From a virus, in the IMG/VR virus record IMGVR_UViG_3300009161_000033, positions 28,037 to 92,036 of that record: a DNA stretch of 64,000 bases; one strand, 5' to 3'. The notes under the pieces were generated by a model, which worked only from the letters and a program-made list of their open reading frames with translations, was not told where the DNA came from and made no database searches. Shown here one piece after another: positions 31,957 through 43,001 of the stretch (position 1 is its first letter; each line of letters starts with the position of its first letter). The position numbers and the translations under genes were made by a program.

Positions 31957-34900
31957 TGGCGGTTAAAAAATATACTTGTCCACCACAATCAGCAACAGGT
32001 GCTGGTACATTCTCTGACAACTTAGTTGGACTACAACTTGTTGCGGGAGGAGGTCTTACGCAAGGAAATTTTAATTTTATAACGTCAACTAATGAAAAAA
32101 CTAATAGAACTTTTAGTACAGGTACTTTTTCGGACCCTATTAATTTAGATTCATTAGGGATTAATAGTATTAATCAATCAAAATCAATTGTTGAGAATAA
32201 TTTTAAAGTTTACCCTAACTTTGACTTAAGTCAGGTTACTAACTTCACAATGTATGGGTCAATGAGTAAAAGGATGTCAGCATCTATTACAACAATCATT
32301 AGTTATTTCCCTGCAGGTATTGAATCTACATACATGGGGTCTAATTATGTTTCAGGTCCTACTGCGGTTAATATTGTTTATAATATCACTGATGATGAAA
32401 CTAGTTTTGATTTAGACGTAACAAGATTACGTAATCCATTTGATGTTGATTTTACAACTAACTCAACAAGAAATTTACAATTAAAGGAAGTACAAGTTTC
32501 ACCATTAAGAGACATGACACTTCAATATACAAAATACTCATTATATTTTAAAGGTGACGGGTATAACGTCACAGGTATTGTCCCAACTACGGGATTAACT
32601 AACGGAACATTAAAAGTATATGTTACTGGAAACCCATTCTCAGGTGAACCCATCACTAATGAAAACTTGGTCATTAGACCAAATGACATGGAGGTTAATA
32701 AAGTATTTAACGAAGAACTTGATGAGGTTGAAAATTTCTTATTAAACCGAAACGTTACTCCTAAATACACATCGGTATTTAAAGTTCCGAGAGAAAATGA
32801 GGACGGTACTTATTATATACAAAATTTGAATACCACATGGCCATTATATGGTAGTTGGAATATTGACATTGTTACTAAAGCGTTCTCAAGTTATTTGACA
32901 ATTATTAACGATGTAAGTGATTCTTTTGATTTATATAAAACAAATTTAGTTTCTAGATTTTTAACAACGGGGGCTTTTAAAGAGTTTGATACTTCGGAAC
33001 ATAAAGTTGAAAAGGTATTACAAGTTTACGGTAAAAGTTTTGATGATATTAAAAAATATATCACCGCATTATCATTCATGACCTCGGTTAATTATAATGT
33101 TGGTAATGACATACCATCACAATTACTTAAAAATTTGGCACAAACTCTTGGATGGGCCACAAACATTTCACCAATATCTGAAACTGAATTATTAAATTCT
33201 GTGTTTGGGGAGAAAAATAGTAACACATCGGTTTACCCTGGAGTATCTCAAGAACAAACACCCGACTCATTAAATTACCAATACTATAGAAATTTAATAT
33301 TAAACTCTGCTTATCTATTTAAATCTAAAGGAACAAGAAAATCTATTGAAATTTTATTAAGATTGATTGGTGCTCCCGAAGCATTAATTGAATTTAATGA
33401 ACATGTTTATTTGGCAGACCAAAAAATTAATTTAAATCAATTTAATACTCAATTTGCTCAAATCTCAGGTGGTACATATGTCCAACAGATACCTATTTTG
33501 GATTCTACAGACATATACTCTATCTTTGGTTTACCATATACTGGATTCACAACAACTAGTGATATACAAGATGTTAACATCACCATAGATGAATACCCAA
33601 TGGATAGTTATGGGTTTCCCATGACACCGACTAATTCAGAAAGTTACTTTTTCCAAATGGGTAGTGGATGGTTTGAACAAACACCACAACACAGAGCTCC
33701 TGAACAAGTTGATTTAACAAATAGTATTTTTGTAGGTAATAACCCTAATTATCAAACAGTTTTAATGCCATATTCTTATGGTCAAGAATATCTAAATAGA
33801 TACCGAAAATTCCCATTTATGAATTTAGGTTACCAATTAACAAAAGCGATTGATAATAATAAAAGTTGGGTTGATAATGAAGTAGGTATTAGAAGTAATC
33901 TTGATGGTAATTTTAATGCCAGATATTATACCTCAGATGAACGTTTAGTCTTGAACGTTAAAAATGTGGATTTGTTTATGAATCCTGCTCAAGGTATCGC
34001 TTATGACATATGGTATATGTCACAACAATATAATTACCCAATACCTAATGAAGGATTAAATTACGTTACCCCAACATATTGTGACCCAAAACCGTATTCA
34101 CCATATCCAAGTATAGGAGGTGTGGATTGGACTGAAATTAACCCACAACCAAAAAGAAAAACTTTCTTTGAGTTTGCTCAAACGTTTTGGTTGAATACTA
34201 TCAATGTTAGAAACAGACAATTCTCATCTAACGGAAAGACAGGGGGATACCCAACATTGGAGTCTATTTTTTGGAGATACTTACAATCAGACGAAACAAT
34301 CGGGATACCAAATGACAATTTCACATATAAAACTATGATGGAATATGTTAACGGTTTAGGTGATTATTGGATTAGATTAATTGAACAAATGGTTCCAGCA
34401 ACCACTATTTGGAATACAGGTGTTAAACTTGAAAACTCAATTTTTCATAGACAAAAATTTGTTTGGAGAAGACAAGAGGGTTGTCAATTAATTAAAGTTC
34501 CATGTAAACCATGTTCAATAATATCAAATCTATTTGATTATGATTGTCCGTTAGAGTCGGTTGAATGTCCTATTTATCCATGGACCAATAACCCAACGAT
34601 TCAGGATTTTGGAGGTGTGTTAGGTCAATTATTAACTAATTATTTAACCGCTAATAGTTATAGTTTAAATGATTGTGATTTTAACGGAATGACAACCGAA
34701 TGGTTTGTTGACTTACAGTTAAATGATTATAGTGTGGTGAGGTATTCATTCTTTAATGGGATTGGATATAGTAGTCCTATTTATAGTACACCAACAACTT
34801 CACAATGGAATTCGGGTCTTTTAATTGCTTTGAACAGTTTAGAAGATAATGGTTATGGTTATTATTTAACAAATACCAACACAGTTATTGTATACAACCA

Positions 34901-34976
34901 ATCATGTTCACAATTAACTAATGGTATTAATTTTAAACTGAATGTTGGAATAAACTTTAAAATCTTATGTAGTTAA
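31956..34976 (+). CDS. Baseplate wedge protein (T4 gp7/P2 gpI-like)
   Basis: LLKNLAQTLGW ... AYLFKSKGTRKSIEILLRLIG is the gpI/gp7-type KGT motif. Confidence 0.7.
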   Translation: MAVKKYTCPPQSATGAGTFSDNLVGLQLVAGGGLTQGNFNFITSTNEKTNRTFSTGTFSDPINLDSLGINSINQSKSIVENNFKVYPNFDLSQVTNFTMYGSMSKRMSASITTIISYFPAGIESTYMGSNYVSGPTAVNIVYNITDDETSFDLDVTRLRNPFDVDFTTNSTRNLQLKEVQVSPLRDMTLQYTKYSLYFKGDGYNVTGIVPTTGLTNGTLKVYVTGNPFSGEPITNENLVIRPNDMEVNKVFNEELDEVENFLLNRNVTPKYTSVFKVPRENEDGTYYIQNLNTTWPLYGSWNIDIVTKAFSSYLTIINDVSDSFDLYKTNLVSRFLTTGAFKEFDTSEHKVEKVLQVYGKSFDDIKKYITALSFMTSVNYNVGNDIPSQLLKNLAQTLGWATNISPISETELLNSVFGEKNSNTSVYPGVSQEQTPDSLNYQYYRNLILNSAYLFKSKGTRKSIEILLRLIGAPEALIEFNEHVYLADQKINLNQFNTQFAQISGGTYVQQIPILDSTDIYSIFGLPYTGFTTTSDIQDVNITIDEYPMDSYGFPMTPTNSESYFFQMGSGWFEQTPQHRAPEQVDLTNSIFVGNNPNYQTVLMPYSYGQEYLNRYRKFPFMNLGYQLTKAIDNNKSWVDNEVGIRSNLDGNFNARYYTSDERLVLNVKNVDLFMNPAQGIAYDIWYMSQQYNYPIPNEGLNYVTPTYCDPKPYSPYPSIGGVDWTEINPQPKRKTFFEFAQTFWLNTINVRNRQFSSNGKTGGYPTLESIFWRYLQSDETIGIPNDNFTYKTMMEYVNGLGDYWIRLIEQMVPATTIWNTGVKLENSIFHRQKFVWRRQEGCQLIKVPCKPCSIISNLFDYDCPLESVECPIYPWTNNPTIQDFGGVLGQLLTNYLTANSYSLNDCDFNGMTTEWFVDLQLNDYSVVRYSFFNGIGYSSPIYSTPTTSQWNSGLLIALNSLEDNGYGYYLTNTNTVIVYNQSCSQLTNGINFKLNVGINFKILCS

Positions 34977-37600
34977 TGTCTTGTTTATTGACTTATACAA
35001 ATAGTATAACAGGTGACTGTTTAAATGATTTATCGGGTGCGTTTAGCATTGATATTGCAGGTAGTGCTCCTGATTACAGTATTGAATGGATTAGTCCTTT
35101 TATAGGAACCATCTTTTTGGGACCTGGAGTTAGTAATTATACTCAAACAGGGTTATCAGGTGGGACATACTCGTTCAACATCATTGATAGTTGTTCCCCG
35201 ACAAATACGACATTAGCGGTGAACGTAAATATTTCCACAGGGACTTGTGTGAGTATTACAAGTGAGACAAATACTGTATGTGGTTTAAATAACGGAGCCT
35301 TAACTGCTACTACAACCAACATGTATTCCGAAGCTAAATTTTATTTATATGAATATAGTTCAGGTTATATAACTTCAGGAACAAGTTTTACAGAATCTTA
35401 TAGTTTTGGTTCTTTATCAGGAGGAACATATTATGTGATTGCGGATGACGGAGGAGGATGTACGGGTAAATCTGAGACATGTATTATTAAAGAATCAAGT
35501 CCTCTTGAAATTGGTTTATATGTTATTAATGATGCGGGATGTGCCGTTAATTCAGGTGCTATTTATATCACAGGATTAACAGGTGTACCACCTTACACTT
35601 ATTTATGGAGTAACGGTGGAACATTACAATCAATAACGGGTTTAACTGCTGGACCTTATAGTGTTACTGTTACAGATAGTTCGGGGTGTGCTCAAAGTAG
35701 TGGTGTTACAGTTAATACAGTACCCCCCATTGGATTAGGTGCGTTTACTGTTGTAACTCCAAGTTGTTTCGCTTCTGACGGTGAAGTAACCGTGACAATA
35801 ACAGGTGGGACTGCTCCGTTTTATTATTCAGGTTCAAATGGAACAGTTGCGGTTAGTTTTGCAACTTCTTATACTTTTGTTGGTGTTCCTGCAGGAATGT
35901 TTTCAGTACATGTAACTGACTCGGGATTATGTAGTTTTACTTCGTCAACAACTTTATTAACACCTGGTGGGTTAACCGTAACGTCTGTTAATATTACAAA
36001 TTCAGTATGTAATGATAGTTCGGGTAAAATTAAAGTTATTATATATGGAGGTTCACCACCATACACTTATACATTAACGGATTCATTAGGTAATCCAACT
36101 GTTATTACAGGAAGTTTTACTAGTTGGACATTTAATGGATTACCATCGGACACTTACACTTTAACAATTTCTGATAGTGGCCCTTGTACGTTTACTCAAG
36201 AGTATGTTGTAGATAATACTGTTTTATTTGAATTGACAGTTGATACAACAGGGACAACTTGTAATTTAAATGATGGTCAAGTTACTCTAAATATTACTAC
36301 GGGAGGAGTTGGACCATTCCAATATGAGATTGATGGACAAACAACGTATTCTAACGATTATACATATACCTTTATTGATTTAATTTCAGGTAGTTATACG
36401 GCAACCGTAACGGATACTAACGGATGTGCACAAATTGTACCATTCAATATAGGGAGCTCAAGTAATGTTGATTTTGTTCTTATTGGAACAGATTCTACAG
36501 ATGGAACCAATGGTTCTATAACCGCGTTTATAACTAGCGGAGAACCTACATTTACATGGGAATGGAGTACCAATGTTAATGGTCAAACAGGTTTAACAGT
36601 TAGTAATTTATCTGCGGGAACATATAGTTTATCAGTAACCGATTTTAATGGATGTACACTAATCAGAGAGATTATTATTAATGGGTTCAATGAGTTATCC
36701 TCGTATCAAATTTTTAATATTTGTGATGACGACTTTATAAATACAGGTCAGACGATTAGGAAGGGACCTCAACAAATGTTAAATGAAGGTTTTTATGATT
36801 TAACATTATTGGATACTAATTGCATATTAAATCAAGCAATATTCACGGCTCAGGTAACTGTTAGTGGGGTAACCCAAGAAAATTCATTTTATACAGGTAA
36901 TACCTTGAGTGATTATCCGTCAGATAGTTTATTCTATAATACGGTCAACGATTTATTGATTTCTTATGAAGGTATTGGTGACGTGGTAATTGATTATGTA
37001 AATAATATAATAACCGTAAGTACAGATTGTGATTCTTCAGTTTCTTTAAATGACGCTGATGTTAAAATTGATTTAAAAATATCTTATGATATTAACTGCC
37101 AAATATGTGGAATTAATTTAACGCCCACACCAACAGTAACGCCAACAAATACGATAACACCAACAGTAACACCAACAAATACAATAACTCCAACAATTAC
37201 TCCAACACCAAACCTTAGTCCTACCCCTACCCCTACTATAACACCAACAAATACTATAACACCTACTATAACACCAACTATTACTAAAACTCCTACGGTA
37301 ACTCCTACTATTACTAAAACACCTACGGTAACTCCTACTATTACTAAAACACCTACACAAACTAAAACACCAACACCAACAGTTACTCCGACACCGACAA
37401 CTAGTTGTATCCGATACTTAGTTAAAGGTAATAATATTGGTGCAACCTATGATTTTAAACCTTGTTGTGGTGAAACATTAATACCACCATTTATTGACAA
37501 TAGTCCTGGAACAAATTATTATATTTGTTCATCAAATGGTATTACGGTGACTAATGGAACCGCTACGGTAGTTAATGTTGGAGTATGTCCGAGTTGTTAA
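34976..37600 (+). CDS. Tail fibre/adhesin with SprB repeats, long Thr-Pro tract and Cys-rich C-terminal module
   Basis: Repeats such as GVPPYTYLWSNG..SITGLTAGPYSVTVTDSSGC, ITGGTAPF, GGSPPYTY; ~95-aa TPTITPT tract. Confidence 0.75.
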   Translation: MSCLLTYTNSITGDCLNDLSGAFSIDIAGSAPDYSIEWISPFIGTIFLGPGVSNYTQTGLSGGTYSFNIIDSCSPTNTTLAVNVNISTGTCVSITSETNTVCGLNNGALTATTTNMYSEAKFYLYEYSSGYITSGTSFTESYSFGSLSGGTYYVIADDGGGCTGKSETCIIKESSPLEIGLYVINDAGCAVNSGAIYITGLTGVPPYTYLWSNGGTLQSITGLTAGPYSVTVTDSSGCAQSSGVTVNTVPPIGLGAFTVVTPSCFASDGEVTVTITGGTAPFYYSGSNGTVAVSFATSYTFVGVPAGMFSVHVTDSGLCSFTSSTTLLTPGGLTVTSVNITNSVCNDSSGKIKVIIYGGSPPYTYTLTDSLGNPTVITGSFTSWTFNGLPSDTYTLTISDSGPCTFTQEYVVDNTVLFELTVDTTGTTCNLNDGQVTLNITTGGVGPFQYEIDGQTTYSNDYTYTFIDLISGSYTATVTDTNGCAQIVPFNIGSSSNVDFVLIGTDSTDGTNGSITAFITSGEPTFTWEWSTNVNGQTGLTVSNLSAGTYSLSVTDFNGCTLIREIIINGFNELSSYQIFNICDDDFINTGQTIRKGPQQMLNEGFYDLTLLDTNCILNQAIFTAQVTVSGVTQENSFYTGNTLSDYPSDSLFYNTVNDLLISYEGIGDVVIDYVNNIITVSTDCDSSVSLNDADVKIDLKISYDINCQICGINLTPTPTVTPTNTITPTVTPTNTITPTITPTPNLSPTPTPTITPTNTITPTITPTITKTPTVTPTITKTPTVTPTITKTPTQTKTPTPTVTPTPTTSCIRYLVKGNNIGATYDFKPCCGETLIPPFIDNSPGTNYYICSSNGITVTNGTATVVNVGVCPSC
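37121..37403 (+). repeat. Coding Thr-Pro repeat (TPTVTPTNTI / TPTITKTPTV)
   Basis: Tandem 12-30 nt repeats, e.g. CCTACGGTAACTCCTACTATTACTAAAAC x2. Confidence 0.9.
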
Positions 37601-37773
37601 TCTTTAGGAATAGTTTTACCAATATTACTATAAAGTTTCATTAGTTTAAGAGATTCATTATAGTTTTTTTCTAACCTATCAAGTTCTTTTTCACTAACCC
37701 CCCTTTCAGCCGCCTCATCAAGAGCTCGTTGAGATTCTACGACTAATTTTGATATTGTTTTGAGTAATTTCAT
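37597..37773 (-). CDS. Small 58-aa protein missing from the ORF track (MKLLKTISKLVVESQRALDEAAERGVSEKELDRLEKNYNESLKLMKLYSNIGKTIPKD)
   Basis: Translated by hand; fills the gap exactly; minus-strand TATTTAT (37779-37785) lies 5 nt before the ATG. Confidence 0.7.
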   Translation of the reverse strand: MKLLKTISKLVVESQRALDEAAERGVSEKELDRLEKNYNESLKLMKLYSNIGKTIPKD

Positions 37774-37844
37774 ATATTATAAATATCTCCCAGCACACCA
37801 TTTATTAAAAATAAATGTTTTCTATTTTTAAAATAAACACTTTT

Positions 37845-38825
37845 ATGAAATATGATTTAGTATTTGTTACCGCACAACCTGATGTCCCGTATTTTCATTG
37901 GCAGGCAAAAGTTTACTCTTATAATTTTATTGAATTAGGAATTAAACCTGAACAAATACACATTGTATTTGGTATTGTAAATGGTAACACAGAACCAACT
38001 AAAGAGTCTTTAGAATTAAAAGAAATGGGGGTAAATGTACATCATTATTTAGATGAAAGAGAACACAGACATTATATCCCAAATATTAAACCATTTTTAG
38101 TTTCTAAATGGATTAAAGATTATCCTGAACTTGGTAAATGTTTCTTTTTACATGATGCCGATATTATTTTTAGAGTCTTACCTGATTTTGAAAAATTATT
38201 ATCTGATGATATATCATATCTGTCAGATACTAAAGGTTATATAGGGTATGATTATATTAATAGTTGTTGTGAACGATATGAAAAACAACACCCATCATCA
38301 AATAAAGGTCAATTAATTCAAGAAATGGCTGACGTTATTGGAGTTACTGTTGATTGTATTAAATGTAATCAAGAAAATTCAGGTGGTGGTCAATACATTA
38401 TTAAAAACACCAATTATGAAGTTTGGGATAAAATTTATAAAGATTGTACTCCTTTGTATGACCAAATGAAAGATTATCATATTAGATTCCCAATAGCACC
38501 TGGTGAAATACAGTTTTGGACTGCAGAAATGTGGTCATTATTGTGGAATCTTTGGTTGTTTGATATTGAAACACAAATAACTAATGACCTTAGTTTTTCT
38601 TGGGCGACAGATAATATAATGTTATATGAAAAACATCCAATCTTACATATGGCGGGGGTTACACATGATTTAAAATCAACAAAATTTTATAAAGGTGAAT
38701 TTATCAATATTAACCCATTGAATAAATTAAAAGAGAATATTGATTACTTCAACTATGTTGACAAGAATAGTGCAACAATAAAATATATTGAGATAATGAA
38801 AAGGATTGTAAAAAATCAATTCTAA
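37845..38825 (+). CDS. GT-A glycosyltransferase resembling peptide O-glycosyltransferases (SGT1/HPAT, GT96/GT95-like)
   Basis: YFHWQ, YIPNIKP...W, DxD motif LHDADIIF, GGGQYII, WTAEMWS, ILHMAG. Start probably ATG 37845 rather than 37815. Confidence 0.7.
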   Translation: MKYDLVFVTAQPDVPYFHWQAKVYSYNFIELGIKPEQIHIVFGIVNGNTEPTKESLELKEMGVNVHHYLDEREHRHYIPNIKPFLVSKWIKDYPELGKCFFLHDADIIFRVLPDFEKLLSDDISYLSDTKGYIGYDYINSCCERYEKQHPSSNKGQLIQEMADVIGVTVDCIKCNQENSGGGQYIIKNTNYEVWDKIYKDCTPLYDQMKDYHIRFPIAPGEIQFWTAEMWSLLWNLWLFDIETQITNDLSFSWATDNIMLYEKHPILHMAGVTHDLKSTKFYKGEFININPLNKLKENIDYFNYVDKNSATIKYIEIMKRIVKNQF

Positions 38826-38840
38826 ATGTATTTATCGTAG

Positions 38841-40268
38841 ATGAGTAATAAAACCCCATATCAAATCACTGAAGAAACATCTTGTATACCAACAGGTGTT
38901 AATGAATGTAATGTTATCACCTTATTTAAAATGGGTGTTGAATGTAATGTTGTTCATCCGTCATATCCTGAAGCAACTGACGGAACCGCGTCTTTAGTTA
39001 TTACAGGAGGTACACCACCTTATTTTATATTATGGGAAAATGGAAATGTTGGACCCTCAATCAGTAACTTAAGTGCTGGTTCATATCAAGCAACAGTGAT
39101 TGATTATTATGGTGATTTCAGTGCAAATACAACTTGTGTTTTAACGGGAGTAACACCAACAACAACAACGACCTCAACTAGTACCACATCACCATACCCT
39201 AATGAATATGAATTATGTATGGTTACCAATATGTTGGCACGAGGAGGTTATGTTGAAACTCAAACGCATTTTAACCCAAATGGAATTTATGATGGAAAAC
39301 CAATGTGGATATCGGATGATAGTCAGCAATCAATTATATGGGATAATACTAATTCTCAATGGTTGGTATCAGCGGCAACACCAACACTTTATGTTATATC
39401 AAATCTTAACCCAACTTACCCTCCAATATATGGTAGTTGGTTTTTAATTGGTGCGACAGGTAGTGTTATAGTTTATGAAGGACTTTGTCAAACATTTCCT
39501 GTTGGATTAAGACAACTTAGAGGTACTGAAATGTCTACACCTTTAACAATGAATGTTACAAAAAATCAAACAATATGCGGATGTGATGGAGGATTAACAA
39601 TAACCGCGAATGGGGGAACACCACCTTACAGTTATTCTATAGATTCAGGATTAACATATAAAAGAATTCCAATCTTTACTAATTTATGTTCGGGGTCTTA
39701 TAACGTTGTTGTTACAGATAATAATGGTATTATAACAAGTTCAAATGTTATATTAAATCAACCATCAAAACCAACAACATACGTTGTTTCATTAAATACA
39801 ACATCTGAGATTACTGAAAATTCAAGTAACAGAGTTGGTAAAACATATACGACAACTTTATCAGTAATACCAAGTCTACCTGATGGTGTTGTAATAAGTT
39901 TTGATTTAACACATTTAAATCTGACAAAAATTTCACCAAACAAAGAATCTGCGGAAGTCATAACGAAATCATTACTTTATTTAAATGGGGATGATTATTA
40001 TCCTAATACTGACGTTATTAGTGATAAAACAAATAGCACTAAGGTTGGATGTCAAAATGAACCCGTTTATATCACATCAACAGTGGATTCTTGGAGTACT
40101 AAAGGTAGTTTATCTGTAGATAATCAAACTAAATTTATACTAACAACTAATACTATCATCAGTAAAAATGAAGACAATAACTGTTATTTAGTTTCAAGTG
40201 ATGAAACATATTCGATTAGTAATCTTAGAGTAAGAGGGTGTAGTTGTTGTTCAGTAATAACAGAATAA
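38841..40268 (+). CDS. Virion adhesin with SprB repeats and poly-Thr linker
   Basis: ITGGTPPYFILWENG..ISNLSAGSYQATV; ANGGTPPYSYSIDSG..FTNLCSGSYNVVVTD; TPTTTTTSTSTTSP. Confidence 0.7.
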   Translation: MSNKTPYQITEETSCIPTGVNECNVITLFKMGVECNVVHPSYPEATDGTASLVITGGTPPYFILWENGNVGPSISNLSAGSYQATVIDYYGDFSANTTCVLTGVTPTTTTTSTSTTSPYPNEYELCMVTNMLARGGYVETQTHFNPNGIYDGKPMWISDDSQQSIIWDNTNSQWLVSAATPTLYVISNLNPTYPPIYGSWFLIGATGSVIVYEGLCQTFPVGLRQLRGTEMSTPLTMNVTKNQTICGCDGGLTITANGGTPPYSYSIDSGLTYKRIPIFTNLCSGSYNVVVTDNNGIITSSNVILNQPSKPTTYVVSLNTTSEITENSSNRVGKTYTTTLSVIPSLPDGVVISFDLTHLNLTKISPNKESAEVITKSLLYLNGDDYYPNTDVISDKTNSTKVGCQNEPVYITSTVDSWSTKGSLSVDNQTKFILTTNTIISKNEDNNCYLVSSDETYSISNLRVRGCSCCSVITE

Positions 40269-40295
40269 AAAAAGAAATATACATATTTATAATCA

Positions 40296-42998
40296 ATGGG
40301 ATTTATAATAAAAAATACGTCAGGGTTAATTAATACAAGATTGACTGACACAGGTAGACAAAAGTTATCACAAGGTAATTTTAATATATCTTACTTCCAA
40401 ATTGGGGATAGTGAGGTATCGTATAATACACTACCAACAAGTTATAATCAATTTGACACTGTTGTATTAGAGCCCGCATTTAACGCCCAAAATTCAAGTG
40501 GGGTTCCTGAATCAAATAAGGAGAACGTTAAGTATCCTTACTATGTTGATGGTTTTACAGGTAATACTTATGGAATTCCGTTCATGGATTCAGTAGTTTC
40601 ACCCGTTTATAATAGAGCGGTTATGAGAGGATTTTTTACAGGTGATACTACCGCGACAACTATTAATTGGAGTGCGTTAACTAATAATTTTTATGCTATT
40701 AACGCTAACTATGTGGTTCAGATGAATACCTTATCAGGTACAAATGAAATTACATTAATTAGTAATATTAGTAATCCTGATTTTGTTAGAGAACCTGCAA
40801 TTGGTGATATCATCACAATTTATTATGATGGTAAAGGATTGGAAAACTGTTACTGTATTAATTTACCAACACCAACACCAACACCAACAACTTCAATGAC
40901 ACCTTCAGTGACTCCAAGTATTGACACAACATCAACCCCAACACCAACTCCATCATCAACAAATTCGTATCCTTGTGATTCACCTACACCCACACCAACA
41001 CCATCTAAGACACCTTGTTTCACACCAACACCAAGTAGACAATGTCCACTTCCATCACCACCCGATTGCTTAGTTGATATGGATAGTTGTTATTCAATGT
41101 TAACTTATAAGATTGTTGATATTTGTTTAGATGTAATAACATTAGATAGACCGACGCCTGACTTCTCAACAGTAACTAATGAATGTTATGGTAGAGTAAT
41201 TGTTTACCCACCTAATATGACAACAATTTACGATAGTATTACACCTAATCGTCATTGGAATGATAACGTTATTAATTTTGAATCAGTTTGTTATACTGAT
41301 GAATTTGACGTTAAAGTTTGGAACATGAACATTCCATGGTCAGAGAATCCTGCAGGATTAATCTCATCTATTAATAAAGATTATACTAACTTTGGTTCCG
41401 TTGCTTATTTAGGGACTAAAGAATATTTTGGGTACGCGTCAAGTAGTGGTCAAACTGATAGTAGTTCTGTTTACTATGTTAATTCATTTGGGGACATTGT
41501 TACGGTTAAACCTGAACAACAAAAAGCCATTGCAATTATTCATTATACAAATCAAACAGTTGATTTCTTCTATGGTGAAAAATTTGCTTTAGAACCATAC
41601 GACCCTTCTAACCCTACTGATACAACAGGACAAGCAAGAAACTTTAAATTACACATTCCTTGGTTAATGTGGCATAAAAATCCTGAATGTTGTAATGGAC
41701 AAACATTTTGGGTTGACCCTCCAGGGTTTGATGAATTAGACCTATTCCAAGTTCAGAATTTACAATCAACTAAAAATGTTGATATGAATTCACCTGGTAT
41801 TAGATACTATCATCTATGGGATACAAATCCTAATATTGATGGTTATCCTAATAGAATTGGTAAAGTATTTCCTGATGATAAATTAGTAATTATTGATGAT
41901 GAGGAAATCATTGCGGCAATGTCTTACAAATCAAACCGAAATTGGACTTTACCATCACCAAAAATTTCATTAATAACACCAAATACTTGTGGTAATGATA
42001 GTACAAGTGTTACGGGTATTTTAACAGGTAATACAGAATATTTGTATGTTACTTATAGATTAAGTAATGATAGTGGGTTTACAAACTCACTACATTGTAA
42101 CTATTACTCATTAATCCAAGGACCGAACATCGATTGTTCCCCAACTACGTCACAAAATGTGGCAGTTAGATTCGGAGGAGAATTCGGTTGTTTAAGTACG
42201 GATTTCCCAATAACCACAACAACAACTACTTTACCACCTTGTGATTGTTATGAAGTAACGGGTGAGGTTGGTTGTCCCATTGAATATACTGATTGTTATG
42301 GAGTACCGACTAGTTATAATTTAACTGCAATTACGGAAAACATTTGTTCAGTAACTACCCCAACATCTTCGTGTGAAACATGGTCAGTTATTGATTTAGG
42401 TTTATGTAGTGAATCAGTTGATTGTGGTAATTTTACAACAACCACGACAACTTGTCCCCCAATCTGTAATGTTAATCAAGGGTTTTCAGCAACCAAGTTT
42501 GAAATTATATGTCAAAAAGTTGATGGTACAGGAAGACCAAATTCATCTGAATGGAAAATTATTGATTTTACAGACCAATTATCGGCAACTACAGTTACGG
42601 TCAATTCGTATATCACTCAAAGTGGTTTAACAGGTAATACATTTGTTATTACTCAACAAGAATATGATGATGCACCAACTTATAACCTAAATGACTATAT
42701 TTCATTAACACCTGTTGGTTATACAGGAACTTCACTTAATTTTGGTGATGAATATTACTTCTATGGTTCGTTGGAAACTGATATTGAAGCGACCATCTAT
42801 GAGATGAGATATAAGATTAACTTAGGACAGGCTGAGTTCCAAAGTACATCAAATCCTACATGGACAAATGGTAATCCTTCTTACGTTACTGAAATTGGTC
42901 TTTACGATTCTAACAAAAATCTTATGATTATATCAAAAATGCAATCACCTATCTTAAGACAAGGTATTCAGCAGTTTTTGATTAAATTTGATATTTAA
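40296..42998 (+). CDS. Tail-collar/fibre-attachment protein with Thr-Pro and Cys-rich inserts
   Basis: N-term LTDTGRQKL...YFQIGDSE and C-term YVTEIGLYD...ISK..PI resemble the phage tail-collar fibre domain; internal PTPTPT and TTTTT tracts. Confidence 0.65.
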   Translation: MGFIIKNTSGLINTRLTDTGRQKLSQGNFNISYFQIGDSEVSYNTLPTSYNQFDTVVLEPAFNAQNSSGVPESNKENVKYPYYVDGFTGNTYGIPFMDSVVSPVYNRAVMRGFFTGDTTATTINWSALTNNFYAINANYVVQMNTLSGTNEITLISNISNPDFVREPAIGDIITIYYDGKGLENCYCINLPTPTPTPTTSMTPSVTPSIDTTSTPTPTPSSTNSYPCDSPTPTPTPSKTPCFTPTPSRQCPLPSPPDCLVDMDSCYSMLTYKIVDICLDVITLDRPTPDFSTVTNECYGRVIVYPPNMTTIYDSITPNRHWNDNVINFESVCYTDEFDVKVWNMNIPWSENPAGLISSINKDYTNFGSVAYLGTKEYFGYASSSGQTDSSSVYYVNSFGDIVTVKPEQQKAIAIIHYTNQTVDFFYGEKFALEPYDPSNPTDTTGQARNFKLHIPWLMWHKNPECCNGQTFWVDPPGFDELDLFQVQNLQSTKNVDMNSPGIRYYHLWDTNPNIDGYPNRIGKVFPDDKLVIIDDEEIIAAMSYKSNRNWTLPSPKISLITPNTCGNDSTSVTGILTGNTEYLYVTYRLSNDSGFTNSLHCNYYSLIQGPNIDCSPTTSQNVAVRFGGEFGCLSTDFPITTTTTTLPPCDCYEVTGEVGCPIEYTDCYGVPTSYNLTAITENICSVTTPTSSCETWSVIDLGLCSESVDCGNFTTTTTTCPPICNVNQGFSATKFEIICQKVDGTGRPNSSEWKIIDFTDQLSATTVTVNSYITQSGLTGNTFVITQQEYDDAPTYNLNDYISLTPVGYTGTSLNFGDEYYFYGSLETDIEATIYEMRYKINLGQAEFQSTSNPTWTNGNPSYVTEIGLYDSNKNLMIISKMQSPILRQGIQQFLIKFDI

Positions 42999-43001
42999 TA
43001 T

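Noticed and set aside
1-34976. Bacterial eCIS/T6SS locus
   Set aside because: Baseplate genes are interleaved with phage-type ssb, UvsX, helicase, primase and gp46/47 genes; no cellular housekeeping context.
37121-37403. CRISPR-like or non-coding repeat array
   Set aside because: Repeats are in-frame codon repeats for Thr/Pro with no unique spacers; the same applies to 9676-9783 and 44336-44436.
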